DNA from: a virus
Strand: one strand, 5' to 3'
IMG/VR virus record: IMGVR_UViG_3300035696_000016
Coordinates: 56,591-120,590 of that record
DNA: 64,000 bases
Positions 58,097 through 64,000 of the stretch are shown here, piece by piece. The notes beneath the pieces were generated by a model that had not been told where the DNA came from, did not search any database, and saw only the letters and a list, made by a program, of their open reading frames with translations. Numbering within the stretch: position 1 is the stretch's first letter; each line of letters opens with the position of its first letter. A program made the position numbers and the translations under genes.

Positions 58097-59725
58097 ATGG
58101 ACTTCAACCAGATCAAAAATATTGCTTCTACGCTATCGAAAATAGTTGATGATAATGAAAAAATACTCATATCATCATTCGCAGAAAAACTTTCGCAAGC
58201 ATCTGAGGAGTATCCTGAAGATCAAACCATTGGTGTTATGTTAAATGTTGTTTCAAGAATGACCGGCGGTAATAAGTTATTTATAACTAAGGCTGAAATA
58301 AAAGATTTATATAAAAGGTTATATTCAAGAAATACTAAGTTTGCCGAAATATTTTCACACGAATTAGGTCAAATAGAAAAACTTGCTACACCAAAAACAT
58401 ATAATCGTGATAATGTAGAAAATCTTTCACTTGTAAAGGAAGCTTTTGAAAAAATAGTAGATCCCACATTAGCTAATGCATTGGATAGCATTTTTGGTAA
58501 TGTTGTTCGAGGACATACAGAAAAAGCAGCTACTGCCGCTAAATCTATATGTGCACGTGTGTGTGCAAATGTAAAATTATCATCCACAGTTGATATTGTT
58601 AATAGTGATAATGATATAATTGTTTGTAAAGCATCTTTTGAAACTCCAAAAGGAATGACATCAGTATTTTTACCAATCGAAGTTAATGCCAGTGGGCAAG
58701 CGGTATTACCAGAAGTATTCATTGGAAATGCTGGGCCAGAAGATTTAACCACAAAAAATCTCACAACGTACATAGCAAGCAATGCTGGTAAAAAACTAAC
58801 GGTTTCAGATAAGATTGTTTTGCAAGCCGTTAGATCAATCAAAGATAATGGTATTGAAAAAATTAGTAATGTTGATATGGCTTTAATAAAATTTAATTCA
58901 GAAAAAGATGCTAAGACTGATTATTTTGCAAATAATGTTTTATATCAAAATGTTCAAGCAGAAGATAAGAATTTAGTTGTTAATACTCCAAAATATAAAG
59001 ATAAAGATATAGAAACATTCGCAAAATCTTTTGATTCAGCAATTGGTGTAGCTAGCTTTTCTTTTGGTAAAGAAAAAGTTGATTCTGGTAGAATAGTGAT
59101 ATCAAATAAATTAAATAGTTTTGGATTAAAAGCTCATCAAATATCGGTCTTCAGTAGTGATGAAAAATCAATAACATATGCAGTATCAATAAATAATGGT
59201 AAATTAGCTTTTCGTGTTCCAGTGAATGTTGAAAATGGTAAGATTATTGAGCCAAACCTCATGATTGCATCTGGAATGATTGAATCATTTTCAAAAGATG
59301 GGCTCAATTCATTAAATAAAAAAGAAGCGAAAGATTACAAAACAGCCGCAGTTGCTTCACCATTATATGGATTAAAAGCAAGCGAGCTTGTTGAACTTGT
59401 TCGTGAAGCAGTTGCAGAAGAAAATCTTGCTAAAGCAGAGGATGCGTTAAATGTTTTGTCAGAATCTGGTGATGATAAAGCATATCAAACAGCTTTTGCG
59501 GAATATACAAACGGGCTCAGCATAAATAAGGTTGCAACACAAACCGTTTCTTGTAAAATGGTTGTAAAAAATGCTTCTAGTAAACATGAGTTATGTGGGC
59601 ATACAGGGCTTCCATTGCATAAAGTATATCAGGATAAAAATGGTGATTGTCATCCATTATATCGTCGTGGAATGGATGATACATATGAAGGTGCATATCT
59701 ACAAAACTCAAAAATATTTTTTTAG
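58097..59725 (+). CDS. hypothetical protein (putative late/virion)
   Basis: 542-aa ORF with several K-x-A/S motifs. Confidence 0.7.
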   Translation: MDFNQIKNIASTLSKIVDDNEKILISSFAEKLSQASEEYPEDQTIGVMLNVVSRMTGGNKLFITKAEIKDLYKRLYSRNTKFAEIFSHELGQIEKLATPKTYNRDNVENLSLVKEAFEKIVDPTLANALDSIFGNVVRGHTEKAATAAKSICARVCANVKLSSTVDIVNSDNDIIVCKASFETPKGMTSVFLPIEVNASGQAVLPEVFIGNAGPEDLTTKNLTTYIASNAGKKLTVSDKIVLQAVRSIKDNGIEKISNVDMALIKFNSEKDAKTDYFANNVLYQNVQAEDKNLVVNTPKYKDKDIETFAKSFDSAIGVASFSFGKEKVDSGRIVISNKLNSFGLKAHQISVFSSDEKSITYAVSINNGKLAFRVPVNVENGKIIEPNLMIASGMIESFSKDGLNSLNKKEAKDYKTAAVASPLYGLKASELVELVREAVAEENLAKAEDALNVLSESGDDKAYQTAFAEYTNGLSINKVATQTVSCKMVVKNASSKHELCGHTGLPLHKVYQDKNGDCHPLYRRGMDDTYEGAYLQNSKIFF

Positions 59726-59734
59726 AGGAAACAA

Positions 59735-60445
59735 ATGAAACTATCAGAGAAATTATTACTCGTTGCAAATTGGCTTGAAAGTTCAGAAAATGATCTTTTG
59801 GTAAATGCTGAAGGTGATGAGGATTGTCTCAATATTGTTGCGGATTCATTGGTAAAAGCATCAGAAATGATACGAAAAGGATCACAAGAAATCAGTAAGA
59901 TTGAGCCAGAAGAATCAGTGATAACGTCAGAAAAACTTGATGAGTTAGCTGCCGTTGCCACTGCTTTTGATGAAAGCGGTGATGAGCTATTAATGAAACA
60001 AGCGAGTGTACTCGATGAAATCTTGTTGACGTTTGCTGCACCAAAAAATTCTATCGCTGCAGCTAAACAAAGAGAAGACGATAGAATTGAGCAATTAAAA
60101 AAAAAGTATAAGGATACAAAAGTAAAACAAGATGAAATGAATAAAGTATCTGATAGTGTAAAAGATATTGAGAAAAGCCCAAGTTATAAAAAATATAGAG
60201 TTTTAGAAGCTCCGCTATCACAACGAACATGCCCAGATCATCCGGGCGCTCAATTAGCACGTGTAGGTGAACATAGATGGCAGTGCTGCATGGATCATAA
60301 ATTATATGATTATGATACTGGTTTTACTACTATGGACGGTCGTAAAGTTCCTGGTGGCGATGTAAGTGAGCAAACTAAAATTATGCAACACGAGAACTCT
60401 CACACAGTGTTTGATACCAGAAATGAAAGATTAGGTCAAGAATAA
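59735..60445 (+). CDS. hypothetical protein with C/H zinc-binding-like motif
   Basis: CPDH...WQC..DH; GAGG SD. Confidence 0.65.
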   Translation: MKLSEKLLLVANWLESSENDLLVNAEGDEDCLNIVADSLVKASEMIRKGSQEISKIEPEESVITSEKLDELAAVATAFDESGDELLMKQASVLDEILLTFAAPKNSIAAAKQREDDRIEQLKKKYKDTKVKQDEMNKVSDSVKDIEKSPSYKKYRVLEAPLSQRTCPDHPGAQLARVGEHRWQCCMDHKLYDYDTGFTTMDGRKVPGGDVSEQTKIMQHENSHTVFDTRNERLGQE

Positions 60446-60464
60446 TTATTGGATTAACAAGTTA

Positions 60465-61214
60465 ATGGTAAAAAATAAAGAAAATATAGCTAAAAGGTTT
60501 TTAGATCATCCAGATCGAGAAGAGATCATATCAAAACTTTTAGCAGGAATATCAGCAACTGATATAACAGAATGGCTTAAAGCGAAATATAATCCCATAT
60601 CTGAAAAGAAATTTATTTTTTCAGAAAAATATATAACATCATTTAAAGATGAATATCTTGATTTTTATACTATAATGAGACAAGATTTAGAAAAAACTAA
60701 ATCTAATTTAATGGCATCACAGCAGATTCAACAAGAAATTCAAGGAACTCCGGCTTACCATAAAGCGTTAGAAAAATATACAGATAAAGAAGTAGATGTT
60801 AAATCTATTATTAAAAAATTAGTTGTAAATGCTGAAACTCGTCTATCACAAATGTTTGATATTATGCAGGAAGACCCAGCAAATTTTCGTGCAGATAGAA
60901 CGCTCGTAGAATGGTTTAATACACTTTTAGCAATTCTTGAAAAGTATGATTCCATTTTAAATGGATCTCAAGATCAAATAAATATACAAAATAATATAAA
61001 TATTCAAGTGTTTGATGAACATATGGGTTTTGTATATAACTTAATAAAAGAAATATTGACCAAGCTTGATTATGATACTTCATTAGTATTTATGGATATG
61101 TTAAATGATGGTTTGAAACAAATCAAATCTAATAATACTATTGTTCCAGTTGATATAAGATTAAAAGAAGCTACAGTTTTAAGTGAAACAATAACAGAAA
61201 AACTCAATCAATAG
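60465..61214 (+). CDS. hypothetical protein
   Basis: 249-aa ORF. Confidence 0.65.
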   Translation: MVKNKENIAKRFLDHPDREEIISKLLAGISATDITEWLKAKYNPISEKKFIFSEKYITSFKDEYLDFYTIMRQDLEKTKSNLMASQQIQQEIQGTPAYHKALEKYTDKEVDVKSIIKKLVVNAETRLSQMFDIMQEDPANFRADRTLVEWFNTLLAILEKYDSILNGSQDQINIQNNINIQVFDEHMGFVYNLIKEILTKLDYDTSLVFMDMLNDGLKQIKSNNTIVPVDIRLKEATVLSETITEKLNQ

Positions 61215-61235
61215 CCATTATTTAGCATTAGTAGT

Positions 61236-62891
61236 ATGAAGAATGCGTTTCCTAATTTTTCTGAATACATGCCAACAAAACAGGTTTATAATCTAAGCCG
61301 TTGGATGGAGTCAATGAAAAATGTATATGTTAGGATGCACCTTGGTGCTAATAAAAATGAAGCCGTCGATGTAATAACTGCTGATTGGAATCCAATAGAA
61401 AAATTAGATTTTATTAATTGGATGAAATATTATGAGTCGGGAGATCATAAAAAATATAAGCGAGCTCAAAAAGCAACGTATTATGTTAATGATGATTTAA
61501 ATTATTTTATTCCAAATCCAAAACAAAATATTCCAAGCCCAATACGTTCAATAAATGAACAAATAACAAATGCTCCACAAGAAGCAGCGAATGCTGCGGC
61601 AAAACAAAAAAATGAAGAAGATAAACGACAGACAATAGAAGATCTTCGTAGAAAAATCCTTGGAAGACTTAATTCTGCTGAAAAATTATTGAGCTCACAA
61701 CAAGGTCATATGTTTGCTGGTGGAGATTTTGAAAGACTTCTTTCTGCTATTTTTGAATTAAAAAAACAAATACAGATCGTAAATAAAGTATCGGTTGCTT
61801 CATTGCAAACGGTTGTAGATTTAATTGTTCGTCAGGCAAATATCTTAAAAAAAGAAGGTCATTCTGATGCTTCAAATTTTATGGTCAAACTTGCTCAACA
61901 AGTTCCTGGCGATATGAGCCTAAATCTTGGTGATATTCCATCTGGTGGTAGCCAGCCAAATGGCGGTGGAGCCCTGGGAAATAATACACCAAATGTATTG
62001 CAACCATTACCAGAAAAATCCATAACAGAAGATAGTGCAGTTGGTCAATTTATTGATAATTTAGAAGATTCAGGTATAACTGACACAGTTGATGAAGAAG
62101 AAGTAGCAGATAAATCAAAAGCCGATGATCTAAATAATGTAGAGATTGATAATGATGTATTTATGGATCAAGAAATCATACCAGAAGGTAAGGATGATTT
62201 AGTAGTTGAAGCACAGGCTGCTCCTACACCAGATGCTCCTTCTATTAAACCAAAAAATAAACCAGATGATCTTGAAGTTGATGAACCGACTAAAAATACT
62301 TCTCCTGGTATAACACCAGAAAACGTTAAGCAGCCACCAAATATCGAAACACCTAAAACAGATTTTGATGCTATATTAGATAGTGCTTTTGCTAATTTAA
62401 CGGTTCAAGATGTTATTAATAAACTAGAACAAGTTAATAATATCTTTCGAACGAGAGAAATTGCACGTCAATTAGCGGTGTGTGATTTAATGTTGTCAAG
62501 ACTTGGATTAGCACAATTCTTTCCACAACTCGGTGAAAGCATTAATAAAAGTCTAGATTCTGGTCAGTATGCTCTTGTGCGCATAGATGAGATACTATCT
62601 AAATTAAGAGGCTCGGTTAAATCAAAAAATATTGATCTTGAAGGAGATAATCAAAAAACTCCACCGGGAGCACAAGCCATTAAATCAAATTTAGAACAAA
62701 TGGATCAAAAAGAAAAACAAAGAAAAGAAGTCAAAAAACAATTACAAGATCAAACCGATATGGAAAAAGCGACGAAACCGGAAGGAACCGTTGAAAATCC
62801 ACAAGGTGAGCTTGCTGCTCAACCAATAGAAGTAGAGAATCCAGCGCCAGTTGCTCCAGCACCAAAACCCGCACCGGCACCAGCGGTATAA
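61236..62891 (+). CDS. hypothetical protein (putative late/virion)
   Basis: Late-type motif 6 nt upstream; KRAQ, KLAQ, VEAQ; Pro/Ala-rich tail. Confidence 0.7.
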   Translation: MKNAFPNFSEYMPTKQVYNLSRWMESMKNVYVRMHLGANKNEAVDVITADWNPIEKLDFINWMKYYESGDHKKYKRAQKATYYVNDDLNYFIPNPKQNIPSPIRSINEQITNAPQEAANAAAKQKNEEDKRQTIEDLRRKILGRLNSAEKLLSSQQGHMFAGGDFERLLSAIFELKKQIQIVNKVSVASLQTVVDLIVRQANILKKEGHSDASNFMVKLAQQVPGDMSLNLGDIPSGGSQPNGGGALGNNTPNVLQPLPEKSITEDSAVGQFIDNLEDSGITDTVDEEEVADKSKADDLNNVEIDNDVFMDQEIIPEGKDDLVVEAQAAPTPDAPSIKPKNKPDDLEVDEPTKNTSPGITPENVKQPPNIETPKTDFDAILDSAFANLTVQDVINKLEQVNNIFRTREIARQLAVCDLMLSRLGLAQFFPQLGESINKSLDSGQYALVRIDEILSKLRGSVKSKNIDLEGDNQKTPPGAQAIKSNLEQMDQKEKQRKEVKKQLQDQTDMEKATKPEGTVENPQGELAAQPIEVENPAPVAPAPKPAPAPAV

Positions 62892-62910
62892 AGACGATAT
62901 AAAAGTTAAT

Positions 62911-63915
62911 ATGCCAGCAAAAACTCCAGCAGATAAAATATTAGCAGATTGTAAGTTAGCACATAATAGTTTTTATGATTATAGTAAATCAATTATTATT
63001 AATAAAACTACGCAAATAGAAATAATATGTCCAAAACATAATATATCTTTTTGGCAAACCCCTAAAGATCATATCGGATCTAATAAAAGAAAGCCAACTG
63101 GATGTACAAAGTGTGCAGATGAAAGGGCTTCCGAAAATCTTTCCTATCCTTGGAATAAATTTTTAGAAAGATCAAATGCTATACATAAAAATAAATATAT
63201 TTATTTTAATGATAACTATAAAAATCTTTCATCAGAAATAGATATATTTTGTCCTATTCATAAAAACTTTAAGCAAATTGCAAGATATCATGTGGAAGGA
63301 TCGGAATGTCAAGAATGCGCCAAAATAACAAGAAATAGTAAAACAAAATTAACTTTTGATGAATTAGTTGAGCGGGCCAATAAAAAGTTTAAAGGATTTT
63401 ATGAATATAAATATCAGGATTTTGATAATATATATTCAGAAATTAATGTATTGTGCCATTTTCATGGATATTTTAAAATAATTATTACTAATCATATACA
63501 TTCGGGTATAGGATGTAATAAATGTTCATATGCATATCATAAAGATGAAAATGAATGGCTTGATTATATTGGATTGCCTGATGATAGTAATCATAGACAA
63601 GTATCTATTAAAATTCCTGATTTAAAAAGACCAATTAGGGCAGATGGATTCGATTTAAAAACTCAAACTATTTATGAATATTATGGAGATTACTATCACG
63701 GCAACCCTAATGTTTTTGATCATACTAAAATAAATCCAACTTCTAATAAATTATATGGTCAATTATATTTAGATACAATTAATAGAGCAGATGCAATAAA
63801 ACGCGCTGGCTATAATTTAGTATTTATATGGGAAAAAGATTGGAATTTAATAAAAGAATCCATAAAACAAAATGAAACTTCGAGATCTTCTAAACCTATT
63901 ACAAAATGTGGGTAA
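62911..63915 (+). mobile_element. zinc-ribbon-repeat (DUF723-like) endonuclease with C-terminal PD-(D/E)XK/Vsr-like domain
   Basis: Three I.CP.H..F.....H....GC..C repeats; ADGFD....IYEYYGDYYHG, GYNLV.IWE.DW. Confidence 0.75.
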
Positions 63916-64000
63916 TGCTAACGGTATCCCTAATATTTTTATTGTTGGCGGTGTTCCTCGTGATAAAGTTGCAGGAATTTTAAAAGGAGAAGTCCCAGAT
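63872..64000 (+). CDS. CCA-adding enzyme/poly(A) polymerase family nucleotidyltransferase, 5' part (runs off window)
   Basis: MKLRDLL...IFIVGGVPRDK matches the VGGxxRD motif. Confidence 0.72.
   Translation, partial: MKLRDLLNLLQNVGNANGIPNIFIVGGVPRDKVAGILKGEVPD

Noticed and set aside
188-60955. Numerous 60-160 aa minus-strand and nested ORFs in the track (e.g. 34730-35215, 58369-58842, 51172-51513)
   Set aside because: They lie antisense to or inside well-supported genes and show no recognisable motifs; treated as shadow ORFs
4947-62910. Track start codons at 4947, 8368, 12596, 15557, 24897, 27388, 31172, 50828 and 62851
   Set aside because: They overlap upstream genes; downstream ATGs (4983, 8419, 12668, 15620, 24921, 27406, 31190, 50873, 62911) fit SD/promoter position and family N-termini better
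1-64000. Alternative genetic code (TAG or TGA reassigned), as in some large phages
   Set aside because: Long conserved genes are uninterrupted in code 11, and TAG/TGA end genes right before the next start; only one in-frame TAG (15428) was seen
1-64000. CRISPR array or Cas operon (prompted by the Cas4-like gene at 38149)
   Set aside because: No regularly spaced repeats seen; stand-alone Cas4-like nucleases are common in phage replication modules
1-64000. tRNA or rRNA genes
   Set aside because: No cloverleaf/T-loop signature or rRNA-like segment recognised in the intergenic gaps; a tRNAscan run would be needed to exclude them fully

Overview
AT-rich, gene-dense, almost entirely plus-strand segment that reads as part of a large (jumbo/huge) tailed bacteriophage genome, standard code 11. 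From left to right: (1) a sugar-modification cluster (ATP-grasp, HAD phosphatase, DUF4254, GT9-like, FkbM, DegT aminotransferase, and later an RmlD-like enzyme). (2) An accessory region of small ORFs plus Thg1-like, SET-domain, PyrF, Dps-like, two HU/IHF-like, DksA/TraR, FtsK-motor and phosphatase-like genes. (3) Host-takeover genes (bS21, peptide deformylase, trigger factor, DnaJ, start of a CCA-adding enzyme). (4) A replication/recombination core (TopA, SbcCD, dNMP kinase, Cas4-like nuclease, DnaE, UvsY-like, RecA, SSB, RuvC, a primase split into two genes) interleaved with free-standing homing-type endonucleases. (5) Putative late/virion genes at the right end. The most striking unexplained signal is a shared C-terminal peptide tag, about [ED]-K-[LYFMI]-x-[LIMV]-L-[ILVKF]-stop. 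It ends 19 intact ORFs, many otherwise unrelated, plus one hidden disrupted ORF. Nine of these form a scaffold family with fixed ends and a variable middle. Other signals: two positional promoter-like motifs, a duplicated DnaE tail fused to an HNH gene, several enzymes with substituted catalytic residues, and an unannotated 27-aa Lys-rich peptide gene. All calls come from motif recognition by eye; no searches were run.
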